From contig CAVYBH010000008.1 of assembly GCA_963766715.1 (NCBI GenBank), positions 448,001 through 512,000 on the forward strand: a stretch of DNA of 64,000 nucleotides. The letters are read 5' to 3'. Origin of the DNA: an uncultured delta proteobacterium (GTDB lineage: Bacteria; Myxococcota; Myxococcia; Myxococcales; Anaeromyxobacteraceae). The notes under the pieces are model-generated. The model did not search any database, was not told the origin of the DNA, and saw nothing but the letters and a program-made list of their open reading frames with translations. How positions within the stretch are numbered: the first letter of the stretch is position 1; the number at the start of each line of letters is the position of its first letter. Shown in pieces: positions 1 through 9,971 of the stretch. The position numbers and the translations under genes were made by a program.

Positions 1-475
1 CCGGGCCGGTGTTGAGCGGCGGGATCTCCGTCAGCGTGTAGGCGTCGGAGGCGGCGTAGCTGTAGTTGCCACCCGCGCAGCGCGGGTCGCCGGGAATGGC
101 GCAGCCGTAGCTGCCCGAGAGGTCGCCGAGGAAGTACGGGGCGAAGCCCGGACCGGTCCGCGGCGGCCAGCAATCCTCGGGGCAGGCCACGAGGACGGTC
201 GTCCCGTCGCCGCAGTTGCCCTTGCCACCCGGGAACGTGTTGGCGAACCAGGTCCCGGAGGCCGGCGGGTAGGGGAGACCGCCCGGGCAGACGGCCGGCT
301 GGTCGACGACGAAGTTGTAGTTCCGGTTCGCCGAGGCGCCCGGGACCACCATGATGCCGATGACCGCGGGGGCTGCCGTGTTCGCGCCCAGGTACGGGTC
401 GCAGGCAGTCACCAGGGTCGCGACGGCGACCATGGCTCCGAGGAGGGAAACCTTCCAGTGCCTATCGTTGGTCAT
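1..475 (-). CDS. Cys/Pro/Gly-rich lipoprotein, 3'-partial; sits where mlpA follows oar in Myxococcus
   Basis: Not in the ORF track because it runs off the window. Manual translation MTNDRHWKVSLLGAMVAVATLVTACDPYLGAN...; lipobox LVTA-C; AGGAG 7 nt before the ATG; starts 25 bp after the receptor stop. Confidence 0.75.
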   Translation of the reverse strand, partial: MTNDRHWKVSLLGAMVAVATLVTACDPYLGANTAAPAVIGIMVVPGASANRNYNFVVDQPAVCPGGLPYPPASGTWFANTFPGGKGNCGDGTTVLVACPEDCWPPRTGPGFAPYFLGDLSGSYGCAIPGDPRCAGGNYSYAASDAYTLTEIPPLNTGP

Positions 476-500
476 GTTCATTCTCCTGTGCCGGCTGGCT

Positions 501-3500
501 CTAGAACGAGAGCTGGACGCCGAACCGGGCCGCGATGGGCGACTGGTAGGTCACTCCGACCGGTGAGGCAGCCGGCTGGCCGAAGTTCGGGTTGATGACG
601 GGAGCCTGGTTGTCCGTGGTCCTCGCGTACCGGAGGTCGGAGCAAGCAGCCTGCAGGGCCGTCAGCGGGTTGGCCGCGCTGATGGACGTCTTGCTCGAGC
701 ACTGCGAGTTCTGCATGGGCAGGATTCGCGAGTCGATCGAGTAGTTCTGGTCCACCCACTGGGTCGTGGTCATGTTCAGCAGGTTGAAGATGTCGAGGCT
801 GAACGCGAGGGTGTAGGGACCCGAGATGGCCCAGATGGCCTTGGCGCCGACGTCGAACTGGAAGGTCCAGGGGAGGTCGCCGACGAGGCCGCGGGGGAGG
901 ACGAAGGACTGGCCGGCGCCGTACAGCGGGTGACGGGCCAGGGCGCTCACCGGCTGACCGGAGAAGGCCTGGAAGTTCACGCTGGGAACGAGCGTGAGGA
1001 CCGGGGAGAGCACCGCCGCGTAGGAGCCGGCGAACTTGATCTGGTTGTTGCGGTTGCCGCCGAGCGGGCCGGTCTTGTTGCCGAGCAGCGAGACCAGGTC
1101 GTACTCGGAGGTGATGTTCGGGTCGAGCTGCCCGTCCTCGGTGCGGAAGAGGCCGGGGTAGTTGCCGCGGAGCGACGACCACGTGTAGCTCGCCTGCATC
1201 AGCCAGTTCTTCGAGAAGTTCTTGTTCAGGGTCACCGTGAAGGCGTCGTACGAACGGGTCGGCTTCGGCCACTTGACGAAGTAGGACGAGCCCGACGCGT
1301 TGTCCGTGCCGGTGGCGTACTGGGCGCTGACGTACCCGCCACCCGCGACGGGCTGGTACGGAGCGGTGACGCCCGGGTTGGCGATGATGAAGGTGTTGCC
1401 GTCGTTGGACGAGATGTCCTCGATGACGTCGCCGATCCGCCGGCCGAGGTAGTTCACGCCGACGGAGAGGTCCTGGAGGACTTCGTACTCGATGCCGCCG
1501 CCGAACTGCTGCGTGTAGGCGCCCTTCAGGCCGGGAGCGACCGGCGTGTAGAAGGGGTTGTACGGCGAGAAGCCGAACGCGCCGGCGGCGCTGGTGGAGC
1601 CGGAGAGGTCGACGGTGTTCGGGCCGGGGCCCTGGCCGACGGCGAGGCCGTAGACGTTGGGGCACTGGTTGAACGGGTTGCCCGTCGAGTTCTGGCCGGG
1701 GGTGACCGGGGTGGTGCAGCTGCTCATCTGGTAGCCACCGGAGCCGATGGCGGCCTCGATGCCCAGCGAGCGGAGCGCGAGGTCGAGGGGAATCGCCTCG
1801 TAGTACATGCCCCAGTTGCCCTGGATCTTGCCGCGGCCCTGGCCCGTGAAGTCCCAGACGGCCTGGACGCGGGGAGCCCACTCGTTGTTGATGTTGACGC
1901 TGGGCGGGGTGACGCCGGCGTCGTCCACGAGCGGGTGCGTCGGACCGGTGGGCGAGGTGTTCTTGAGGTTCTGGGTGTCGAGCCGGACGCCGAAGTTCAG
2001 GGTCAGGACGTTGGCGATGGTCCAGCTGTCCTGGAGGAAGTAGCCGTTCGACCACGTCCCGGTGGTCTGGACGAGCTTGCCCGGCTGCTTGGGATTCAGG
2101 AAGCCGGGGTTGCCGCCGCCCGTGCAGGTGCCGTCGGGACCGAACTGGGTGCAGAATCTGGTCGCCCACGCCGTCGGCGTTGAACTGGACGACGCCGTAG
2201 CCGCGGACGATGTCGAAGCTGTTGCCGAAGCTCGTCGTCCCGTTGTAGCCGCGGGCGCTGAAGAGGCCGCCACCGGCGTAGTACCGGGTGTTGTTGTAGG
2301 TGGCGTACTCGATCTGCACGCCGCCCTTCAGCTGGTGCTGGCCGGCCAGGGAGAAGAGGCCGGTGACGGCCGCGCTACCCGCGTACCGGTTGTTGACGGG
2401 GTTCTGGACGTAGCCCGTGCCGCCGGTGGTGTAGTTGTTGAGGACGCAGGCGGTGTCGTTGGTGGGGCACTGGAAGCCGGGGAGCCCGAAGTTCGCCATC
2501 GGCTGGACGGTGAGCCAGTTGATCGTCGGCGTGTTGAGCCGGTCGACGCCGTTGATGGTCCCGCCGCCCTCGGTGAACGTGGAGTTGAACCAGCCGCCCT
2601 TGACCTCGACGAGGAGGTGCTTGTCGAGGAACTTGCCGGTGTAGTTCAACGTGGCGTTCGTGGTGTTGTTGGTGTCCTTGATCGAGGCAGCCGCCGGCGA
2701 GGCGTAGGCCGTCGCGCGGCCGAAGTCGGTGGTGGGCTGCGTGTTGAAGGACACGAAGACGTTGTTGTTCTCGTTGATGAGCCAGGTGAGCTTGGCGATG
2801 CCGAAGTAGGTGTTGAAGCCGGAACCGTAGACCTGGTCGCTCCCCGCGATGGGGGCCATGATGTACTGGCCGGTGGCGTCCTGCTGGTAACCGGCGAGCG
2901 GCGTCCCGGCCTGGGTCGTCCCGTCGTTCTTGCAGAGCGGGTTGGACGGGTCGCGGACGCAGGCCTGGCTCTTGTAGCGGTAGTACATGGTCCGCGCGTT
3001 GTACTGACATCTGCGGCGCGAAGCCGGCGTAGAACCAGAGCTTGTCCTTCACGATGGGGCCGCCGACCTCGACGCCGAAGTCAGCCGCGTAGCTTCCCTT
3101 GTAGGGGGAGCTGTAGGAGGCGAGACCGTCGCCGTTGGTGCCGATGGCGGGGAGCGCCGGCGTGAAGAAGCCGGGGGTCAGGTTGCCCCAGATGGAGCCG
3201 TGGAACTCGTTGCCGCCGGACTTGGTCACGGTGTTGATGATGCCGGCCGACGAGTACCCGAACTCGGGCATGAACGAGCCGACCTTGATGTCCAGCTGGT
3301 CGACGAAGTTCGTGAGCAGGTTGGTGCCGAGGGTGCCGAGGGCCGGGTCGGAGACGCGCAGGCCGTCGATGATGTAGTTGTTCTCGGGCGAGGACGCGCC
3401 GGCGAAGCTGATGCCGTAGAAGTCGCGCTGGGCGGTGGGGGCGATGGTCGCCACGTTCTCGTAGGTGCGGGCGGTCGGGATCGAGGAGAGGAACTCCTTC

Positions 3501-3928
3501 GACACGATCGTCCCGGCCTCGGCCGTGCCGATGTTCACCACCGGAGCGAGACCGGTCTTGACGACCTGCTCCTCCATCTGGACGGCCTCGGGGATGATCG
3601 AGAGGTTCGCGCGGAGGGTGTACCCGACCCGGAGGACGATGTCCGTCCGCTCGGTGGGCTTGTAGCCGGAGAGCTGCGCCGCGACCTTGTACTTGCCGGG
3701 CGGCAGCGTCGTCAGGGTGTACTCACCCTTGGCGTCGGTGACGGCGGTGGACTCGCCCTGGAGGGCGGGGCTGGTGGCGATCACCAGTGCGCCGGCCACG
3801 GGCTTGCCAGAGGCGGCATCCGTGACCTGACCCACGATCTGACCGGTGACTTGTGCGGAGGCGATTCCAGCGCAGAGAAGCACTGCGACCGGTGCGAGCC
3901 GCAGGAGGTAATGCAACTTCTTCCTCAT
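501..3928 (-). CDS. oar: TonB-dependent outer-membrane transporter, Oar-like, split by two frameshifts (~3000 and ~2160)
   Basis: Three ORFs join into one protein: signal peptide plus carboxypeptidase-regulatory-like domain (GQIVGQVTDAASGKPVAGA), plug (ENNYIIDG, GIINTVTKSGGNEFHG), barrel (FLQDSWTI..LNFGVRLD), C-terminal Phe (FGVQLSF). Confidence 0.85.
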
Positions 3929-4052
3929 GACTTCCTCCCTAGGAGAGATGCGACGGTGCTGAAGCCAGACGGTGAGAGCCGGTAGAAACCCTTTGAGGCC
4001 GCCCTGAAACGGTCCCGCAACACAGTGTTACGGGATGGCCTGAAGTCTGCGA

Positions 4053-4081
4053 TTTCTACGCACCGGTATTGGGAATGTCAA
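4053..4081 (-). promoter_or_regulatory. Putative sigma70 promoter for the oar-like operon
   Basis: Minus strand TTGACA (4081-4076), 17-nt spacer, TAGAAA (4058-4053). Confidence 0.55.
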
Positions 4082-4310
4082 CGACCTTGCGCTTGTTCCC
4101 TACAGCCCCGTGCAGGTCGACCCGGGGAGGTCGAGGGCCGCGATAGCGCGCGAAACCCTTCATTGTCGGCCACTCCCGGACGGGTACCTTTGGGCGAGGA
4201 GGGGCGGCGAGCCGGCTCCGAATATTTTCGGCCGGGCCGGGTCGCCGGGTGATCCGAAAGTCGAAGCGAAAGGCGACGGAATGGCCCCGGCAGGCCGTGT
4301 AGCCAAACGG

Positions 4311-4339
4311 TTGACATCCGTTGACGGTGCCGCTAAAAG
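4311..4339 (+). promoter_or_regulatory. Putative sigma70 promoter for tonB-exbB-exbD-exbD
   Basis: TTGACA (4311-4316), 17-nt spacer, TAAAAG (4334-4339). Confidence 0.55.
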
Positions 4340-4396
4340 CCGCCCGTCAATTCCTTGCCTTTCCGGGCTGATTTTTCCGTCAAACGAGGCCCCGGC

Positions 4397-5131
4397 GTGT
4401 TCGACGAAGTCACGAAGACAGAGGGCGGCAAGCGCGTCGCCCGGCGCAGCGCTTTTCTCGCTGGCTCCACGGTCGTCCAGATCCTGTTCGTCGCGTTCCT
4501 GATCGTGGCGGGCGAGCGGATCCGTGCGGCGGTCAAGTCGGAGCCGGTGGTGGACGTGAAGTTCGTCCGCCCGGCGGCGCCCAAGCCGCCGCCGCCTCCC
4601 CCTCCGCCGCCCGCGGCCAAGAAGAAGCCGCCCTCCGACCAGCCCAAGGTCGAGACGCGGAAGGCCCCGCCGATGGCGATGATCCAGCCGAAGTCGGTCG
4701 ACGACCAGATCAAGCCCCCCGATCCGAACGAGCCCGAGGACGACTACGGCTCCGACGACGGCGTCGAGGGCGGCACGGTCGGAGGCGTCGTCGGCGGGCA
4801 GGTGTCGCAGCCCGGCGGCTACGAGGAGGCGCCCAAGTACATGAGCGCCGGCTTCAAGGAGCCGAAGGCGGTGGTGCGGAACTGCGTCTCCGAGAGCCTG
4901 CGCCTGCCCCAGGCGCTGCAGAGCTTCGTCTCCGGCCCGATCACCGTGAAGTTCGCGGTGTACTCCAACGGCGCGGTCGGCGCGTTCTCCTTCCTCACGG
5001 CGCTCCCCGACCCGCGCATCGGCGAGGCCATCAAGACCGCTGTCACGAGCTGCGAATGGACCCCCGGGGCCGACGCCCAGGGCAAGCCCACCGCGATCTA
5101 CGTCATCCTCCCCATCCGCTTCGCGCAGTAG
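4397..5131 (+). CDS. tonB: Energy transducer TonB
   Basis: N-terminal TM helix, poly-Pro linker (PKPPPPPPPPPAAKKK), GVEGGTVGGVVGG, TonB C-domain ending ILPIRF; GTG start after GAGG. Confidence 0.85.
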   Translation: MFDEVTKTEGGKRVARRSAFLAGSTVVQILFVAFLIVAGERIRAAVKSEPVVDVKFVRPAAPKPPPPPPPPPAAKKKPPSDQPKVETRKAPPMAMIQPKSVDDQIKPPDPNEPEDDYGSDDGVEGGTVGGVVGGQVSQPGGYEEAPKYMSAGFKEPKAVVRNCVSESLRLPQALQSFVSGPITVKFAVYSNGAVGAFSFLTALPDPRIGEAIKTAVTSCEWTPGADAQGKPTAIYVILPIRFAQ

Positions 5132-5172
5132 CGGGCGCACCCGCTTCCGCTTCACCCGAGGAGAATACCGAG

Positions 5173-5925
5173 ATGTCCCTTCCCGTGATCGACGTCGTCA
5201 ACCAGGTGGTGCTTGCCGCCGAACCCGTGATGTCCTTCGACCTCGTGAACATGTGGCGCTCCATGGGCCCGTTCGCGAAGTTCATCGCCATCGTCCTCGC
5301 CATCATGAGCGTGTGGTCGCTGGCGGTGGCCGTGGAGCGAATCATCACCTACTCGCGCGCCGGCGCCGCCTCGCGGAAGTTCGCGACCGAGCTCGCCACG
5401 CTGCTCCCCGCCGGGAAGTTCAAGGAGGCCGTCGAGCTGTCCCACTCGAAGGAGTACGCCAAGGGCTACCTCCCGAAGGTGCTCGGCCTGGCGCTCGAGG
5501 AGTACCGCCTGGGCCGGGAGTCGCTCGGCGCCCACGGCGGCGATCGCGAGATCGGCGACTTCGACGTGGTCGCCGCGGTGAACCGCGCCATCGACCGCAG
5601 CACGCTCCGCACGATCACCGACCTGCGCCGCGGCCTGGGCTCGCTCGCCACCATCGGCTCCACCGCCCCGTTCGTCGGGCTGCTCGGCACCGTGGCCGGC
5701 ATCATCACCGCCTTCCAGGCCATGGCCGCCACCGGCTCCGGCGGCCTGGGCTCGGTCTCCGCCGGCATCGCCGAGGCGCTCGTGACCACCGCCTTCGGCC
5801 TGCTCGTCGCCATCCCGGCCGTCATGTTCTTCAACTACTTCACCAACCGGGTGGAGGAGATCACGGTGGACGTGAACGACTCGACCACCGAGCTCGTCGA
5901 CTTCTTCATCAAGGAAGGGCGCTAG
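5173..5925 (+). CDS. exbB: MotA/TolQ/ExbB proton channel protein
   Basis: LATIGSTAPFVGLLGTV and GIAEALVTTAFGLLVAIPA signatures. Confidence 0.92.
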   Translation: MSLPVIDVVNQVVLAAEPVMSFDLVNMWRSMGPFAKFIAIVLAIMSVWSLAVAVERIITYSRAGAASRKFATELATLLPAGKFKEAVELSHSKEYAKGYLPKVLGLALEEYRLGRESLGAHGGDREIGDFDVVAAVNRAIDRSTLRTITDLRRGLGSLATIGSTAPFVGLLGTVAGIITAFQAMAATGSGGLGSVSAGIAEALVTTAFGLLVAIPAVMFFNYFTNRVEEITVDVNDSTTELVDFFIKEGR

Positions 5926-5955
5926 GCCCGTCCGGCCCGGCCAGGGAACCTCGTC

Positions 5956-6391
5956 ATGTCGATGGACGTAGGCAGCAAGGGCGTCAAGAGCGACATCAAC
6001 GTCACGCCGCTCGTCGACGTGGTGCTGGTGCTCCTGATCATCTTCATGGTGATCACGCCCATGCTCCAGCGCGGCAAGCCGGTCACCCTCCCCGACGCCA
6101 AGCTGGTGAGCGAGCTGAAGAGCGGCGGTGACCCGATCATCCTCTCGGTGACGCGCGACGGGAAGTCGTTCATCGAGAAGGACGAGATCAAGAGGGACGA
6201 TCTGGCCGCCGCGCTCGAGGCCCAGATGCAGAAGCAGCCGGGCGCGCCCATCATGTTCAAGGCCGACCGCGAGGCCGACTACAAGATGATCCGCGAGGTC
6301 ATCCTCGAGGTCACCAAGACCAAGGTGATGGGCGTCTCGCTGGCCGCCAGCGCAGCTCAAGGACGAGTCCGACGTGAAGGGAGCGAAGTAG
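5956..6391 (+). CDS. exbD: ExbD/TolR protein 1 (a 1-bp indel near 6352 falsely fuses it to the next gene)
   Basis: DINVTPLVDVVLVLLIIFMV motif; alternate frame ...LKDESDVKGAK-TAG at 6389-6391. Confidence 0.85.
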
Positions 6392-6393
6392 CC

Positions 6394-6852
6394 ATGTCGA
6401 TGGCGCTCGGTTCCAAGTCGCCCCTCACCGACATCAACGTCACGCCGCTCATCGACGTGGTGCTGGTGATGCTCATCATCTTCATGGTGCTCACCCCGCT
6501 CGCCGAGAAGCAGATGTACATGCGCGTGCCGGAGTTCGAGCCGCCCAACACGCAGGTGGTCCCGCCGGACTCCGTTCCGCCGGACCAGATCGTGCTCACC
6601 GCCCTGAAGAACGGCCGCGTCCTCCTCAACCGGCAGGACCTGACGGTCGAGGAGGCGATGGTCAAGCTGAAGCCCGTCTTCGAGGGGCACCTCTCGAAGG
6701 TGCTCTTCTTCAACGCCCAGGACGGCACGCGCTACGAGTTCGCCGTGAAGGTGCTCGACGAGGCCCACAAGGCCGGCGTGAACACCATCGGCATGATGAC
6801 CGATCCCCCGCTGCTGGTGGAGGAGGGCGCACCGCCCGCTCCGCCGCAGTAG
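6394..6852 (+). CDS. exbD: ExbD/TolR protein 2
   Basis: Own RBS (AAGGGAG) and ATG; DINVTPLIDVVLVMLIIFMV motif. Confidence 0.88.
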   Translation: MSMALGSKSPLTDINVTPLIDVVLVMLIIFMVLTPLAEKQMYMRVPEFEPPNTQVVPPDSVPPDQIVLTALKNGRVLLNRQDLTVEEAMVKLKPVFEGHLSKVLFFNAQDGTRYEFAVKVLDEAHKAGVNTIGMMTDPPLLVEEGAPPAPPQ

Positions 6853-6877
6853 GCGAGCCGGACTTCCGGCCGCTCCC

Positions 6878-6917
6878 AGGCCCCGCCCGCGAACCGCGGC
6901 GGGGCCTTCGTGTTTCT
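6878..6917 (+). terminator. Intrinsic terminator after the exbD genes
   Basis: AGGCCCCGCC...GGCGGGGCCT stem followed by TCGTGTTTCT, between convergent genes. Confidence 0.6.
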
Positions 6918-7854
6918 AGGCTCCCGCCAGGTGCGCCATCGCCTCGGCCAGCTCGGGGGGCAGCGGGCTCTGCACCTCGACCAGGCCGCCCTCCGGCCGC
7001 TCGAACTCGAGCTTCCAGGCGTGCAGGAAGTGGCGGTCGAGCCCGGGCAGCGCGGCGGCGGCGCCGCCGTAGTCGAGGTCGCCCGCCACCGGATGGCCGA
7101 GGTAGGACAGGTGGGCCCGGATCTGGTGCATGGTGCCGGTGGGGATGCGCACCTCGAGCAGCGTGTGCCGCTCGAAGGGACGGGCCACCTCCCAGCGCGT
7201 CTCGGCCTGCCTGGGCGTCCCGGTCCGGGAGGGGAGCCGGTCGCCGCGCCCCTCGTCCGGGACCGGGACCGAGCGGCCGCCGCGCTGCGCGAGCGGCACC
7301 GAGCAGACGCCGCCGGACGACACGCGGCCCGCCACCAGCGCCAGGTAGACCTTCACGACGGTCCGCTCGACGAACTGGCGGCGCAGGTGGCCCCAGGCCT
7401 CCCGGTCGCGCGCGAAGAGGACGCAGCCGCTGGTGTCGGCGTCGAGCCGGTGGACGGCGCCGCCCTCGCGCGGGTCCTGCGACGCCTGGGCGCACTCGGG
7501 GTACTCGGCGACGACGGCGTTCGCGAGCGTGCCCCGCTCGCCGGCGCGCAGCGGGTGGGTGGCCACGCCGGCCGGCTTGTCGGCCACGATCCAGCGGGCG
7601 CCGCCGGCCAGCACGTGGAGGGGATCGCCGGCGTCGGGCTCGGGCGCACCGGCCGGCCCCTCGATCTCGATGGCCACGAGCCCCCCGGGCCGGGCCGGAT
7701 CGCTGGCGCGGGCGCGGCGACCGTCCACCCGCACGAGCCCCAGCTGGAAGGCCTGCTTCACGGCCGCGCGGCCCACGCCGAGCGCGTCGGCCACGGCGCG
7801 GTCGAGCCGGCCGGTGGCCTCGGGCGGAAGCTGCACCTCGCGTCGCGTCGTCAT
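6916..7854 (-). CDS. RluA/RluD family pseudouridine synthase
   Basis: S4-like N-terminus (GRLDRAVA), DKPAG, VHRLDADTSG, TGTMHQIRAHL, GHPVAGDLDYG. Confidence 0.92.
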   Translation of the reverse strand: MTTRREVQLPPEATGRLDRAVADALGVGRAAVKQAFQLGLVRVDGRRARASDPARPGGLVAIEIEGPAGAPEPDAGDPLHVLAGGARWIVADKPAGVATHPLRAGERGTLANAVVAEYPECAQASQDPREGGAVHRLDADTSGCVLFARDREAWGHLRRQFVERTVVKVYLALVAGRVSSGGVCSVPLAQRGGRSVPVPDEGRGDRLPSRTGTPRQAETRWEVARPFERHTLLEVRIPTGTMHQIRAHLSYLGHPVAGDLDYGGAAAALPGLDRHFLHAWKLEFERPEGGLVEVQSPLPPELAEAMAHLAGA

Positions 7855-7864
7855 CCGGCCTCCC

Positions 7865-8893
7865 TCAGCCGAAGAAGACCTCGGCGATGTCGTAGAGCCC
7901 CGGGTCGATGAGGTGGAGCTCCTTCGTGGCCTCGGCGAGCGGCACCGCCACGATGTCGTCGCCGCGGAGCGCGGCCATGAGGCCGAAGCGCCCCGCCTTC
8001 ACCAGGTCGCAGGCGAAGACCCCGTAGCGCGTGGCGAGCACGCGATCCCGCGCGGTGGGCGTCCCGCCGCGCTGGATGTGGCCGAGGACGGTGACCCGGG
8101 CCTCGAAGGTGGTCTCCCGCTCGATCTCCTTCGCCAGGTAGGCGCCGATGCCGCCGAGCCGGACGTGCCCGAAGTCGTCGAGCTCGTCGGACACGGTGGT
8201 CTCCTTGCTGCGCGCCATCTTGGCCCCCTCGGCCACCACCACGATCGAGAAGTGGCGGCCGCGCTTCTGCCGGGCGCGGATGTGGCGGACGACGTCCTGC
8301 AGGTCGATGGGGCGCTCGGGGACCAGGATCACGTCGGCCCCGCCCGCGATCCCGGCGTGCAGCGCGATGTGCCCGGCGTGCCGCCCCATGACCTCGCAGA
8401 CGATGACCCGGCTGTGGGCCTCCGCGGTGGAGTGGAGCCGGTCGATGGCCTCGGTGGCGATGGTCACCGCGGTGTCGAAGCCGAAGGTGTAGTCGGTGCC
8501 GGAGAGGTCGTTGTCGATGGTCTTGGGGACGCCGACCACCTTCATGCCCAGCTCCTCGTGGAAGCGGGTCGCGACGCCCAGGGTGTCCTCGCCGCCGATG
8601 GCCACCACCGCGGCGATGTGGTGGCGGGCCAGGGTGTCCATCACCATCTTCGGGCCGTCGGGGCGCTTGAAGGGGTTGGTCCGGGACGTGCCCAGGATGG
8701 TTCCGCCGAGCTGGAGGATGCCGGAGGTGTTCTGCCGGGTGACCCGGAAGTGGTCGTCCTCGAGCAGCCCCTTCCAGCCGTCCCGGACGCCGGTGAACTC
8801 GAAGCCGTGCTGCTCCCCGCGCCGGACCACGGCGCGGATCACGGCGTTGAGTCCGGGGCAGTCTCCGCCTCCGGTGAGGATGGCGACCTTCAC
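7865..8893 (-). CDS. pfkA: 6-phosphofructokinase, group III, PPi-type signature
   Basis: LTGGGDCPGLN, GGTILGTSR, IGGEDT, VPKTIDND, EVMGR, LGHIQRGG; GGAGGT RBS before the GTG. Confidence 0.92.
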   Translation of the reverse strand: MKVAILTGGGDCPGLNAVIRAVVRRGEQHGFEFTGVRDGWKGLLEDDHFRVTRQNTSGILQLGGTILGTSRTNPFKRPDGPKMVMDTLARHHIAAVVAIGGEDTLGVATRFHEELGMKVVGVPKTIDNDLSGTDYTFGFDTAVTIATEAIDRLHSTAEAHSRVIVCEVMGRHAGHIALHAGIAGGADVILVPERPIDLQDVVRHIRARQKRGRHFSIVVVAEGAKMARSKETTVSDELDDFGHVRLGGIGAYLAKEIERETTFEARVTVLGHIQRGGTPTARDRVLATRYGVFACDLVKAGRFGLMAALRGDDIVAVPLAEATKELHLIDPGLYDIAEVFFG

Positions 8894-8928
8894 GTGGGCA
8901 ACCTCCGATTCGAGCGTTCCCCCGTCCT

Positions 8929-9544
8929 CTATCGTCCCGGGCGGCCCCGGGCAAGCGCCCGGCCGGGCGGAGGGCTCTTCATCCGCACCAGCCCCAGGAA
9001 GAGCTGCTTCTCGGTGTAGGTGCGCCGGCCGCCGTACTCCCCCACCCGGTAGAAGCCCACCGGGCGCTCCAGCCACATGCGCGCCCGCACCACTCCACTG
9101 TAGGTGAATGGGGCGAGGACCTCCTCGGGAGCCTGCGCGAGGTAGCGGTCGCGCAGCGCCCGGATGCGCCTCTCGTAGCGGGCCCGGGGCAGGCGGGTGT
9201 GGAGGCGGCCGCGGTGGAGCGTCCCGTCGAAGCGCTCGCTGGCGTGGTAGAGCTCGTGCAGCACCGTCGAGACCCGCTGCTCGGGCGTGGAGCCGCGGAA
9301 CCAGAGCGGCCGCAGGGTGATGACGTAGAGGATCTTCGCGGCCCTGGATGCGGATGAGGGGCTTGCGCCGGCCGCCCCGGCCGCCGCGGGCCCGGGTCTC
9401 GCGGAAGTGGGCCGGGCGGATGGTGGCGCGCGAGGCGCGCCGGGCCTCCCCCGCCACCACCAGGATGCGGGCCGGCTTCACGTGGGCCAGCTCGGGCAGG
9501 CGGGCCGCCAGGTCGCGGATCAGCCGTTTCACGGCAAGTGTCAT
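8929..9544 (-). CDS. Putative HExxH metallopeptidase-like protein (frameshift ~9340)
   Basis: Joined reading MTLAVKRLIRDL...KILYVITLRPLWFRGSTPEQRVSTVLHELYH. Confidence 0.65.
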
Positions 9545-9664
9545 GTGCGGGCGGCGCGCCACCCGTCATCGATATCGCCGTGGCCGCGCCCCGACAAGTG
9601 GCGCCTCGGGTCCCCCCGAGAGTCCTTGTCCCCCACCGGGGTGGAGCACTAGGATGCCGGAGCC

Positions 9665-9970
9665 ATGATCGCCTTCGCCCTCGGCGTCCTCTTCGCGGTC
9701 CCCGTGACCCTCGCCGTGGTGGCCCTGCGCGGGTTCCGGCTTCGCGGCGCCGAGGCCGAGGGGCTGGCCGAGCAGGTCCGGGGCATCGCCGCCCGGGTCG
9801 AGTCGGTGGAGGCGGAGGTGTCCCGCACCGCCCTGCGCGCCGACGTGGCCGAGACGGTGCTGATCGAGAAGGGCGTCGCCGACGAGGAGGACCTCGAGGA
9901 GGCGCGGCGGTACTTCGAGCAGAACACCCAGCCCCGCTACGACCGGCAGCGGGACGGCAACCTGCACTGA
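9665..9970 (+). CDS. Small membrane-anchored coiled-coil hypothetical protein
   Basis: N-terminal hydrophobic helix then helical acidic region; GGAG before the ATG; typical codon bias. Confidence 0.7.
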   Translation: MIAFALGVLFAVPVTLAVVALRGFRLRGAEAEGLAEQVRGIAARVESVEAEVSRTALRADVAETVLIEKGVADEEDLEEARRYFEQNTQPRYDRQRDGNLH

Positions 9971-9971
9971 C

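Noticed and set aside
5956..6852. Tandem ExbD-ExbD fusion protein (298 aa)
   Set aside because: The second half has its own RBS and ATG, and an off-frame TAG lies 2 nt before it; one indel explains the fusion
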